Shown here: positions 1-12,149 of the stretch, piece by piece
How the letters are laid out: every line of letters begins with the position of its first letter
Position numbering within the stretch: the stretch's first letter is position 1
NCBI GenBank assembly: GCA_020891255.1
Contig: BQFW01000015.1
Location: 1,860,001-1,924,000 of the forward strand
Direction: 5' to 3'
Origin: Entomortierella parvispora E1425
Lineage: Eukaryota; Fungi; Mortierellomycota
DNA: 64,000 nucleotides
The notes under the pieces: generated by a model
Seen by the model: the letters and a program-made list of their open reading frames with translations, nothing else
What the model was told of the DNA's origin: nothing
The model's database searches: none
Made by a program: the position numbers and the translations under genes

Positions 1-375
1 GTTTGAAAACCATGATGGCGAGAGGTTGAGAGCTTGCTGGGCCTCGAAGGAGAACAATTTGATAGACACTGAAGGGAAAAAAACAAGATCTGTTTGTTTT
101 CAGAACGGCTTGTCGTTGTATTTCGGAAACTAACCGTCGTTCTTGTTACCCATTCGCGTTCTCGGAACGCGCAAGTAGATCTAGACCGGTACACACAGGG
201 TCGACTAGAGGCCTGACTGCGTTCAGCGGCGAGTCCCTGCGGGGGGGAGAAGCCTCAAGAGCGCGGTGATTTTAAAATAATAAACCAAATACAAGATCAC
301 TGCACCCGTCCCTATCAGGGCTTTTTCCGTTTGAAAGAGAGTTGTGCTGAATTTATTGCTTCTAGGTGCAGTTGT

Positions 376-2219
376 TTACGATTGACTCTCCTTGATCCCC
401 TCTTCAGGTGTGGGTGCTCGTGTCTCTCCCTCCGAGGGGACCGAAGACTCAAGATCGACCTCAGTCTTGTCGAGCGCACTTGCACCTTGCTGTTGACGCA
501 TCGATGCGGGATCACGGTTAGGCGCCAAGAAGAGCGTGATCAAAAAACCAACACCGGCCATTCCAGCGTAAGAGTAAAAGGCGGCATGGTACCCGGGCAA
601 CAGCGCGGCCTTGGTGGCAGTGGCAGGGTTGATACTGTTGGCAATGATGTTGGAGACGGCAATGCCGACAGGGGTTCCAATCTGCAGGAAGGTGTTGTAG
701 CCTTTGTAGTGAAGGGGTGAAGAAGAAAGGAGAAAATATATTAGTTTCTCATGGCAACATGAACTTGAATTGACAAAAGAGAAAGAAAAAAAAGGCTACT
801 TACAAGCACCAACAACTCCTTGGTCTTCGTCCTTCGCCTCTGCAACCGAGTTGATTTGAAGGCAAAGGAAGCAAGGTGCAAGCCCCATACAATTCAAGAG
901 CAAGGCAGGAACGGGGATGGATCCATAAGAAGATGTGGTCTGGATTTGGGCCCAGCAGCAACCGGCGGCGATCAAGAACATCCAACCAACCAAAGTCACG
1001 ATTTTGGTCCTGACCTTGGCCAAGACGTTGGTGGTGAGGACCATCATGACCATGGCACCGACACCATGGATCACGTAGGCGTAGGAAGACTTTAGAGCCG
1101 TGTAGCCGAGGACGTTCTGAAGAGCCAAGGAAGAAAAGTAGGCCATGGCGTTCAAACAGGCCGAGATCATCGTGATGCCAAGGCACGAGGCAATAAAGCG
1201 TTGCGACTTCCAGATCCGAAGAGGCATGATTGGGTATTCAATCCTGGATTCCCAGAAAACAAAAAGGACAAACAGGGCCATGCCAACGAGGAAGGGTGCC
1301 AAAGTCGAGGCCGAAGCCCAACCGGTTACAGGTCCTTGGCTCAGATAATAGATGACGGCGACGATCCCAAGAGTGAAACTGGTCGTACCAACGTAATCGA
1401 CGCGTCGATCTGTCACGGTCAATTCATTGTCTCGCACGGGAATGACAAGGACACCCATGATCCCCATGAGGAAACCCAGGGTGGATGTAATGTAGAAGAT
1501 CCATCTCCAGCCTGTAGATAAGGGAGGGAAGAGAAATAAAAGCAGCATGGTCAATGATCAGGAATCAATTACCAAACAAAACAAAAAAAAAAAAGAAAAG
1601 ATCGCATACCGATGGTAGAACCCAAGATACCGCCGAGAAGAACACCAACCACGGACCCCATCGCGCCAGTGCCTGAGAAAATTGCCAATGCCTTTGTACG
1701 CTCAGGCCCAGCAGGATAGGTCGTGGTCAGAAGTGCCAGGGCACTTGGAATCGTGAAGGCGGCACCAATCCCCTGCAGAGCACGACCGACCGACATGACA
1801 ATAGGATCCTTGGCAAAGCCATTGACGAGGGCCCAGATCGAAAACCAAGTCACGCCGAGGAGATAGATGCGGCGATGACTCGAAAGGTCTCCGAGACGAC
1901 CCCCAAGGAGCAAGAACGCGCCATAGGTAAGAGCGTAAGCGGATGTGACCCATTGGAGTTGGTTGACCTTGAACCCGACATCCCTCATCACGGCTGGGAG
2001 AGTGATGGTCACAGCGGACATGCTGATCATATCCAGCAGCTAGTAGAAAAGAAAAGTGATATGTGAACAACCCTGCTCTCTTTCTGTGAGCACTTTTCGA
2101 CTCTTGCTCCAATTCATTACCTGAGCTGTCGACACGGCGAAAAGAAGAAGTCCTTTGTTCTCGTCCAATCGACGATGCCAAGGTCGGAGAGTTGAGGGGG
2201 ATGGTTCAATGGGCGCCAT
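376..2219 (-). CDS. MFS drug:H+ antiporter, DHA2/EmrB-QacA-like 14-TMS family (multi-exon)
   Basis: ATG at 2219 (MAPIEPSPSTLRPW...). Exonic ORFs 1569-2030 (QWVTSAYALTYGAFLLLGGRLGDL; GRALQGIGAAFTIPSALALL), 796-1554 (WRWIFYI, D-x-x-G motif DYVG) and 376-600 carry typical DHA2 motifs. Stop at 376-378. Confidence 0.9.
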
Positions 2220-3432
2220 TGCTTAAGAGTTTTGATGGTTTTTGTCGTTTTGAGAAGATGAGGAAGTAAAGATGGGAAGAGCTGATGATTGTTGAAAAGT
2301 GGGACGGATGTAGGAGTTATATAGACAATCCGTTGTCCGCTTAAAGACGACAACTCTTCCATCCTGTCATACAGAACCACTGGAGAGCAAGCGGTAAGCC
2401 TGCATTGCAAATACAAAATACTGACCAACAATGAACAAACAAAGCTCCGAGACGAAGCATATTCCTCATAAGCATTTCAGGCCCCTGCAGGCTGAAAGTC
2501 TGCCCAAAGCTGCCCGAAAAGGAATTCACGCTCCCACTCCTCCCTCTTGTCGAGAGAGGTGTTGCGGGAAGGGACAAGGTCCTGAAACTGCGCACGCCGC
2601 ATTTTTTTTTTTGTTTGTTTGTTTGTTTTGTCTGTTTGCTTCTTTCCTTTGCTCTGTCAGACTTCAGCTTGCTTCCAATAGACCACTGACAAATATGGGA
2701 AGACCAAGGAGCTGAATAATCCGCCATGTTCATGTTGCCAGGCAAGTTTGTCAATCTCTCTTGCAGGGATTGGTCTGCGGACAAAATTGTCAGTCAAATT
2801 GGTGGCGTGTGGGAATAGGAATTGGTGGCAAAATGAGCAGACGCGGAATGGACACTTGGTTGCCACCAAAATGCGTCTTTTGAATTTCGACTCTCATCCC
2901 TTCGTCTTCATCATGCAAGGACATGATTGGTTGATGGTCTTGAGAAATTGCATCACACCATCGCCACCACCATTGGTGCAGATGGATGCACTCAAGAGCA
3001 CTCCAACTTTCTTTACAAAAGTCCCATTCCCCTCCTCAAAATGACCCCTCTTTTCTTCCTTCCCCTCTTCTCTCTTCACCATCACCCCCTCTCACCTCCC
3101 CACTATCCACCACGCACTTCACTTTTTGCTTTGTTTCTCTGTTTGTGCGTATGGTCTGATTGTCTGTGCCGTCCTAGCCGAGCCAAGTTCCTCTTATTCT
3201 TCTTTTCATCAACAGCCCACAGGAAACAACCCAAGAACACACCCACCGTAGCATGGACTCTTCGGGCAAAGGACACCCAAGCCAAGTCTCATGAATGCCA
3301 TCACAGAGGTATAGGGAATCAGAAACTATGGATGACATCATGCGCGACTTTTTTTTTACAACGATGAAGGTCATGTCATGCAGATCGTACTGATTCGTTT
3401 GTCTTGTGGGCCATTCTTTTTCTTCAACTAGA

Positions 3433-3612
3433 TGCATTTTGCTTGGCCATTACTTAGAGGCTAAACTCGATGCTTCGCCATTAACTAACCAGTCAGGTGA
3501 TTCGAAGATTCGATGCATTCAGTCTTGCATTTTGCTTAGCCATTACTTAGAGGCTAAGCTCGATGCTTAACCATTAACTAACCAGTCAGGTGATTCGAAG
3601 ATTTCGATGCAT
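3433..3612. repeat. Two-copy direct repeat, period 93 bp
   Basis: 3433-3518 and 3526-3612 are near-identical (tgcattttgctt[g/a]gccattacttagaggctaa[a/g]ctcgatgctt..ccattaactaaccagtcaggtgattcgaagatt(t)cgatgcat). Confidence 0.9.
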
Positions 3613-4610
3613 CTTTCGGCTTCATTTGCTTAACAGTGGCCAGACCCGAGAGCAACAGGTCGCACTTGCAACGAATTACAAAGGCGAACATGTCATAACT
3701 CTGCTGGCTCAGGGTCTGGGCGGAGAACAGCATTGGCATGCGCTGATGAACATGCGATTCCAGGGTGGGACAAAGCTTGGGTGCGTGGATTTCATACGCG
3801 ACATTCATTTTTGGTGGCGCCTCGCGTTCATGTGCCCTCTTCTTCGCCACTGACCACAACTAGGATCACCCCAGGAGGTCCAGCTTGCAATGAAGGTTCC
3901 TATTCTGTTGGAGCGTCAAGATCGATGTATGAGACAGTACCTGGCGCAAGCACCAACTGAGCTCCAACTGGCTCTCGTATTTGGCCGCCGTGGCTCGTTG
4001 ACGCATCCTGCGCAACTTTGTGACTGAGAGCAGAGCTTTAGGAAGAAATGACGAACGAAATAGACGTACAAACCGTTGAAACAATGACTACTCTTTGTCC
4101 CAAGGAATGCATCCTGCTGGTAATGAAGAACAACATTAGCGCAACATGAGAGTCATGTTCATGTGGGTTAAGCCCCAATTCCCACAATGCACAAATCGAT
4201 CATGAATTCTCCCAACGCCATGTGAAATGAGGACAGGTCTAAGTGCATTGCATTGTCTTCAAGAAGACGCCAAAGTTCAGGGACCTTCCGAAACAGGACT
4301 TCGCCCAAATGTTTGCGCTCAGACCAACCCCGCTCACAGGCACGCAGCGTTCGAAAATGATTTTTGATTTGCACTTTTTTTTTTTTTTTTTTTTTTTTCT
4401 TCAGTGGTGGGCTGCAACGATGGCGACGAGAAGGGCGATCCCCCCTGTCCCCCTGTGCTCAACGACAAAGTGATGTAGCAAATACGATCATACAGCTTCT
4501 TGCTAATCTTCATCGTGTTTACTGTGGAGTAGCAAGTACGATGAAAATAGATTCTCTTTTTCATTTCCTTTGCGTTTTCTTTGCTTGCGCTCATTTTGTC
4601 GCCGCTATAG

Positions 4611-4982
4611 ACTCGATCAGGAAGTACGATGGCCCAACGGACGACGACATTGGTGCTGGCAAAACCCACGATCCTTTGGACCTGGGAGATGGACGTTTTA
4701 ACCTACCAAGTATCCTTTTGTGCCCAATTTCTCCACTCTGGCAGACATGGTAGGCTGACCATCATTATTGAGATTTGGAAGACCCCAAACAACAACAGCG
4801 ACGGTAACAATATAGATGAACACTCTGTGCGGGTCTTTCACAATTCGCGCGTTCTTCAACCAAAGTCGCGTTGGTGTGACCTGACATGGTTCCCTTTGAA
4901 CAAACTCATCAAGTACCTGAATCGCTTTGTGGTCCCAAATTACCTGGCCCAATGCAAACGCAAGAAACCCAAAAAAAACTGA
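4611..4982 (+). pseudogene. C-terminal fragment of a histidine acid phosphatase (branch 2, ACP6-like), apparently decayed
   Basis: Acceptor gctatag at 4610. The translation ...THDPLDLGDGRF... then LTIIIEIWK...SVRVFHN...WCDLTWFPLNKLIKYLNRFVVPNYLAQC resembles the family C-terminus. A frame change occurs near 4710 and no intact RHGxRxP exon is found upstream. Confidence 0.45.
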
Positions 4983-5061
4983 GGTCACTCCTGACACTTT
5001 CGTGATAGGCACAGTAAATATGTAAACTACATGGGGATTTTTTTTATTTCCAGAAAACTTT

Positions 5062-8000
5062 CTAATTGGGAGGCACTGTAGGGCCTGCTGCTGGGGTGCT
5101 GGAAGCTACAGTGGAATTAGTTGTAGTAGTGTTGGTTCCGTTGGTGGTGGTAGCAGCAGTAGTGGTGGCGGTGGAGGTGGTGCTAGCATTGGTATTCTCT
5201 TTGGTGTTGCTGCTGCTGGCGACCGTGGTCGGATTCGGCTGTCCGTTCTTCTTGTCCAGTAGCACCAACTCTTTCACTTGCTTCATAAGTCTTGAACCAA
5301 CAATTCCGTTGGGGTCGACATCAGCAAGCTTGTTTCCATAATAGGCCATGTCGGCGTGAAGTCTAAAGAAGCCCAATTTAGATTGTAAGATACAGAAAAC
5401 AGTTCATCGGAGAGTAAGACCGTTGAGAATAAATAACATATCCATACCTCGTCTTTCCAAGAGCGGTCGCGATAGGAAGCTTTTGAATCTCTTCTTCGAG
5501 TCGTGTAGTGAAAATTTGAAGAACCTCGTTGATGACTCTCTGGATATATGAAGAAAGCGATACACGAGGTAACGGTCAGCGACTTGTTTTTTTCTAACAC
5601 AAAAAAAAAAAAAAAAAAAAAAAAGCCAGTTCTTACCCTCATGGATGCAGCAGGCAGGAAGCGGCCAAGGACCTTGTGTAAAGTAATCACGTCCTTGACC
5701 ATACCATCCATGAATGCATTCACATTGCCTCCGCCGTTAGCCAGTTGTTGAGCCGGACGGTTCAATGCATCATAGTCAACCACAGCCGGATTAGTCATGG
5801 AGCGGATATGAAGTCCAAGTCGCTCCGTCATGATTGCCACCAACTTTGAATGGATCTCGTTCTGATGTTCCTGGAAATCGCGCAAAATACGGTCAAACTC
5901 TGTCAACATCACCATCTGCTTGTCAGTCATCTTCGAGCGGATCCAGTCCTTGACAAACGGAATTAATGTCGCAAACACGCTTAGTGATTGAGAGGCCAAG
6001 GCCAGATGCTTGGCCGTAATATTTTTCAGCCCCGCTGATCTCATCGCTCCAGCTCCAAGAATGACCTGGCAAGTACGAGAATTAAACAGCTATGACAATG
6101 AAACGCAACCATGCTCAATATCAGTAAGCAGTTTGAGCAGTAGAACTTCCGCTGAACTTATAATCATTTAGCAGGCACGGACCTTCAGTAGCTCAATTAT
6201 TCGCTGCATAACATCCGCAGTGAGTGAAGGGATATTGTTGAGGATATCCAGGTACTCTGCTAGAATGTCAAGTAGCACAAGCGAGCACCCGACAACAAAG
6301 AAGACTTCATCCTTGATCGAGAGCACTCTGGTGGGGGGAGGAATGGCAGCCTTTGTTGCAGCAGCTTCTTTTCCGTTCATCAAAGATCCATTTGAGCCCC
6401 GAGATCCAAGTCGAGAAGCCAGGAAGCTATCGTGCTCGTCAATCCCTTGAACGGGCGGTGGCGCTGACAAGTTGAGAAGGTTGAAAACCATCTTGAAGTC
6501 CTTGTTCCTTGCCTCCTGGAGACTGAGCGTAGAAATGACTGTGATTTCGTTTGCTGTGGCTTGCGATGACCAAGGCACCTCTACCTGGACCCACTGATCC
6601 TCACCGACAGATAGTGCCAGCTGACTTGTCTTTGCAACATGGAACTGAGTAAGGAATGCCTTGGACTATTTGGACATCAACATTTGGTCAGTAGTGGACT
6701 CAATGGCTACGCAAACACTACTTTCCCTTCAAAGAGAATAGCCATTACCTGTTGCATCGTAGCAGCGCGGAGACCATGGCACATGTATCCTGACAACAGT
6801 TCGCTCTGCAACAAGAAGGACCAAGTAAGCGACAACAGCTTGAAGACTTCTGTTGGCAGAAGCTTTGCAGTCTGCTCGCTTCTCATGCCCATGAGCTTGG
6901 CACACCTGGAGTGAGCCAAATCTGCGACCGCAAAGAGGATCTCCTCAGACTCGGATTCCAGCTGACGGAACAACTGCGTCACGGCTGATGCGCTCAAATG
7001 TCCTCCTGACCCGTCATCCAGCTGAAGTGCAGCAAATCCTTGGTGAATGGGAGGGGATCTGAATCCTTCAGAGAATGGCGTCCTTGGGGATCCATTTCTA
7101 CTTCCGTTGACTGCTGCAAATCTTTTCCTGCCAGCAACTGTCTGTAGGGGAGTAGAGCCAGGCGTGTTGGTGCCCAAGCTGAATCCTTCACTTTCATCGT
7201 CTTCAGTTCCCTCCTCGTCATCCTCGTCATCTAGCTCCTCCTCATCCGCGCCTTCTTCTTCACCATCCTTCATTTCACGGATCGAGATGGATTCCTGCAC
7301 ACTATCCGAGTCAGAAGTCGAGTCCGCCATAATGAGCTGTCCGGTACCCTTTGACTCTGCTTTCCTGATACAATGGAGCATCAGCTGGTGATAGAGCGAC
7401 ACACGTTGGAAGGCGCCAAGAAGGAAAGCATAGATGTATGACAACATCTTGTAAAAGGTTAAAGAGTCCATGGCTCGCAATTGATTCGTAAGAGCAGCCC
7501 TATTACAAACGTCAAAATTGTCCAAAGTTAGTATAGGTGGCACTTAAAACGATGCGCCATGCGGTAAATATAGATAAAATGTACGCACATTTGGTCCTTC
7601 TTTTTCAAAGAGGAAATGGCGGGTGATGTGGCGTTGGAAGGATCTGGAGGTGGGTATTGCTATAAGGAATGTCGAAATAAATATACGTTAATTACAGCTA
7701 AAAAAGCATTGTCCCTAGAAAATAAAGCATATCCCTCCGTGAACTTACAGATTTGATAATGTTCTTGATTTCCTGCAGAATTTGCTCTCTGTATGTTTGA
7801 AGCGCGATCCCTGTCCTGTTGGCCCTGAGCAATCCTTGGATCAGAGGTAGCATCTTATCTTGGAGTGCACTTTCCCGTTCGACTTGCTTCGACAAAAGTG
7901 GGTTGATTCCTCGATGGAACGAAGGCTTGGTGAACTTTGTGTTGGATGTATCCACTCTGCTCAAGTCCATCAAAAGAGTTGCAACATCCAGTTTACCGAT

Positions 8001-9696
8001 CCTGATTCGGAAGTCATTCAACAAAAGATTCACAAGGTCGTTCTCCATCATCTTGCCAATCATCTTTCTCATCTCTGTCAGCTGTCCACTGAAATGAACC
8101 AAGGCTAGCACTCCACGAATGTCCAGAGAGCGAGGGGATGGCAGGATGGCTGATGAGGTCGGGATGAGTGCAAGACTGGGATCGAATCCTGGTGTCGCCT
8201 CCAAGTGCTTCATATCGCCTTCGATCAACACTCGCTGAGCTCCATCTATCAAGTCCAGTGCTCCAAAATAATTTCCACTGCCGAGGAGAACCTGGATCAT
8301 GGGTTGTGTCGAGCGGATCTCTTTGACCATGCGGATGCCATTGTGAAGTAGTCCCAGGTTCCTCCTCCTACGCTTCAATCGCACTACCTCCAATCCCTGC
8401 TTAGACTGTGTGTGATCGATCCTGGCCAGCTGCGCGCGGAGGACGTGGATTTGAGATACGCACTCCAAGGTCTGTGAATGTAGTGCTTGCAAGTTTGACA
8501 GAGCTTCGAAGAAGGATGTAGACCGACGTGAGATCTCTGTCATGAGATGTATTTCCACTGTATCCAGATAGTGCGACAGCTTTTCCTGTAAAATGCTGTT
8601 GGTAACGATGGCTGCGGTCGTGCCTCCATTGGTTTGTGAGGGTCCTGTTTGCTCGCACACAAGATCAAATGTCCTTGGGTTTTCAAAATTGAAGTCGGGC
8701 GAGAAAAAGATGGAGGGAACAGTGCTGAGGGCTGGTGTGTCTGGCATTGCTGGCTTCATTGGCACTGGCTCGTTCAACTCGGGCATATCAGGGACAGAAT
8801 ATGGGTTCCTTGCACTCTCAGTTCTATCCATGATATTCAAGGACGCCTGCGCCAAGGAAGGTGCCATAATTTCGGGCTGGATGTGATTTGCCACAGACTC
8901 AAAAGTAGATCCAAAGGGTGACCGAGGCGAATGGATGTCGGAACCATCTGCTGGCTTTGATCTCGCTCTGTTGTTCTGATATCTCTCAAAGACTGGAGTG
9001 ATGTGTTTGATGTACGTGTCAAATTCCGACGTCTTTACTTTGCGGATCGGGACTGGCGCCACTGGGGGAATGTCGACCTTAGTTGGCTTTGCAGAGGACG
9101 ACGGCCTCTTTGTCGGATTGTTGAGCACTCCAGAGATGGCTATGATTAGGAAGTATGATCTGAGTTGTCAGTAAAGGGGTTCGGTGGACATTGCTCGCGC
9201 GAATATGGTCATTCCTGAGGATGAGCGAGAACGGGAGTGTTACCGTTAAATCCAATGTCTGCCCTTGTCCATGGCTGTGAACTATTGACGATATACACCC
9301 TCCGGCTTAGTATCAGCTGTGAACAACAAGTAACGATACAACAAGTGGCGCCACCTACGCATCCGACAGGGTACTGTAGCTCGAGGCGGTACTGTCCCGC
9401 CGCAAGGTGTGGCTAGGACGAACAGTGGGCCGCGAGCTGTTCATAGACGAAAGCGGCGTGGAGGTCGAGGATGAGGATGCGGAGGAACCGGCAGAGCCAT
9501 GGAGTCTACGCGAATATGGAGGCTCAAGGCCAGAGTCCGAGTGTTGGTGTCCATTGCGACTATAGGGTCGCGTGGTGCCGGGCGCTGGATCCTGTTGCAT
9601 TCTTACAGGAGGGATGGAAGAGGAAGAGGAAGAGGAAGAGGAAGAAGACGACAAAGACGAGGACGAAGGAATCACATGCGGACGGCTGCCGAGCAT
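5062..9696 (-). CDS. VPS54: GARP complex subunit Vps54 (multi-exon)
   Basis: Spliced GFNAISGVLNNP; LQEKLSHYLDTVEIHL..EISRRSTSFFEAL; C-terminal Vps54 domain (AGLKNITAKHLALASQSL, FQEHQNEIHSKLVAIMTER). Start taken as ATG 9696; the upstream in-frame ATG at 9900 is less likely. Confidence 0.92.
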
Positions 9697-10149
9697 TCTA
9701 TGGGCGCTGGGCACGCGATCAGTTGATGATGTCGGCCTCGTGGATGGATGGACAAGGATGAATGGAAGGAAAAGAGAGGGAAAAGATGGGAACAGATGCG
9801 ATGTGAATAAGAGAGGATGAGCGAGGATGAGCGAGAATAGATGAAAAGAAGCGAACCAAAGAGCAGCGAGAGAGAAAGAAACGAGTCGACCATTGTCCAT
9901 GCAAACCTATGAACTTTTTCATTCTGCTCAAAGGTGACGTGTGATGATGGGGTCGCTTTTTTTTTCTTCTTTCTTTGGGTCCCCTTTTCCTTTGTGTGTG
10001 TGTGCCTGGCTCTTCTCCTTCTTCTCCTCCTTCTTCTTCTTCTTCTTCATACATACACACAATTATACCCCTGCCTTGTCCCCTCTCCCTCCATCTCCCC
10101 TCTCCCCTCTCCCCTCTCCTCTCTCCCCTCGCCTCCTCATCATTCTGTA

Positions 10150-11632
10150 ATGTCCTTTGCTGACCTCGAACGAAACTCAAAGCCCATTCACCATGTTGGC
10201 CCCCCTGGACTGAATCGACTCGGCGCCGCGACCGTTGGCGAGGGTACTGTTCCTAGTCGTTTCCTCTCCCCTCCTCTGCTCACCTTCCTTTCTCTGCTGT
10301 CTGCCTATTGACCTGCAAGCCTGCATCCCCCCTCTTGCTCTACCTCTTTCTCACCCATGTTTCGCTTTAATCACTCTCCGAATAGGCAATCAACATGCCT
10401 ACCAAGCAAAGAACCAACACATCTCCCAGCAGGTTTTCCGTATCTCCTCCAATGTGTCCTCAATACAACGACTGGTCGCCACTCTCGGCACCTCCAAGGA
10501 CAGTCAAGAAGTCAGGACCAAGCTGTAATTGGGCTTTTTCTTTTGTTTATGTTTTTATATTTTGCCGGCCCTGTCCCTGTCTGGATATCTTTCTTCCCGC
10601 CAAGAGGAATGTTGGTGACACGTTACTTGAGTTTTTTTTCCCCCTTTCCTCTAACGGCCGCATTGTATTCCTCTTATTGTCATTAGGCAAGACCTCACAG
10701 AACAGACACGGAATTTGGTTCGGGACACGAGCCAGGATATCAAGGACTTGGCTGGTCTTGACGCTCCTGGAGTAAGATAACAATTCGCAAAAAAAAAGGG
10801 GCATGGAAGCAAACGTGGAAAGATCTCGAAACCGACCGTTGTGTGAATTCATCCCCTATCTCAATAGAAAAAACTCGAACAGCAAAAGGTCTCCAAGGAC
10901 TTTCAAAAGGTCCTGGTTGAGTTCCAAAAGGTGCAACGTGTCTCGGCCGAGAAGCAACGCGAGTTTGTCTTCAAGGCACGTCAAGTGGGATCCAGTGGGG
11001 GACAGCAATATTCGTAAGTTAGCGCCACGGGTGAATTCGAATGCTCCCAAGAGATACTGTGGACAATATTGCTTTTCCTCCCCCTCTCCCTCTAATCGAC
11101 ATTTGCTTTTCCTAGTGATGATGAAGGCGATGAATCTGGAGAACAACCGTTGATCAACAATGACCAGCGACGCCTGCAACTCCTTGTGGTCGACAATGAA
11201 TTAGAGTACAACGAGTCCATGATTGCACAGCGAGAAGATGAGATCCGGGAGATTGAGTCTGGTATCACGGAATTGAACGAGATTTTCCGTGATCTTGGAA
11301 ACATGGTCCACGAACAAGGCAGCATGTTGGGTAAGGGAGATGGCGAAACGAATCTTTTTGAGTTCTGGAGATGTCGATAGCATAAGCAAGGCGGGGTAAC
11401 AAGGAAGAAAAGATCGAGAGCCCTTTGCGCTAACCATTTTTTTTTTCCTACATGAACATGTTTGACAGACTCAATCGAGTCCAACGTTACATCTATCAGC
11501 ATGACCACACATGCAGCCGCTGAGGAACTCACGACTGCTGCAAAACATCAGAAGAACGCCACGAACAAGTCCTGCTACCTTTTGATGATTGCCGCTATTG
11601 TAGCGGGCGTGGTCATTTTGGCAATTCTTTGA
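10150..11632 (+). CDS. Qa-SNARE syntaxin, Pep12/Vam3/syntaxin-7-like (multi-exon)
   Basis: Starts MSFADLER. SNARE motif IAQREDEIREIESGITELNEIFRDLGNMVHEQGSMLDSIESNV; C-terminal TM anchor CYLLMIAAIVAGVVILAIL; TGA at 11630-11632. Confidence 0.9.
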
Positions 11633-12149
11633 GCTCCTCTCACCTATTTATTGATCAAACGAGATATTCCAAAAGTAGAAAAAAAAGTAAAGGTATAGCG
11701 TTTTTATGTACAAGGTCCCATGCATTGAGGAGGACGTCTATCCCAGAGTGAAAGTGGCCAAAATGGAGATGCCACCATCAACGATCGAACAGACACAAGA
11801 TTATTGGTGGCGCATGGATTGGTGGCGTATGGTTAGCATTGGTTGGTGGCGAAAGATGACACACAAGAAAAAAAGGAGACATGAGCTTGATGAGTGCGTT
11901 GAATGATAGGCCATTGCCGATGAGCTTACGGACGAGAAAATCAGAGGCGGGAACAAGGAGTGGCCCTTCTTTTGTTTGTCAGACCTAAAAGGCGCCAGCG
12001 CACCAGCGCGACGTTTCCACAGCAGTTTTTTTTTTTTTTTTTTGGTTGAATGTCATGTATCCATCCAATTCATTGATTGGTCTATTCTAATGCATTCTGG
12101 ATTACCAGACTCAGTTTGGATCTGTTAGTTTGGATCTGTTTCGATGGGT

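Noticed and set aside
1-13. Minus-strand gccatcATG GTT TTC AAA C (MVFK...) running off the window edge, reminiscent of ribosomal protein eL14 starts
   Set aside because: Only four codons are visible, which cannot support a gene call.
155-184. Hairpin CGCGTTC-TCG-GAACGCG followed 9 nt later by CTAG (Helitron 3'-end-like)
   Set aside because: The next base is A rather than T, and no 5' end or other copy is visible.
4710-4744. GTATCCTTTT resembling a U12 donor
   Set aside because: The implied intron is only 35 nt, there is no U12 branch site, and it lies in a decayed gene.
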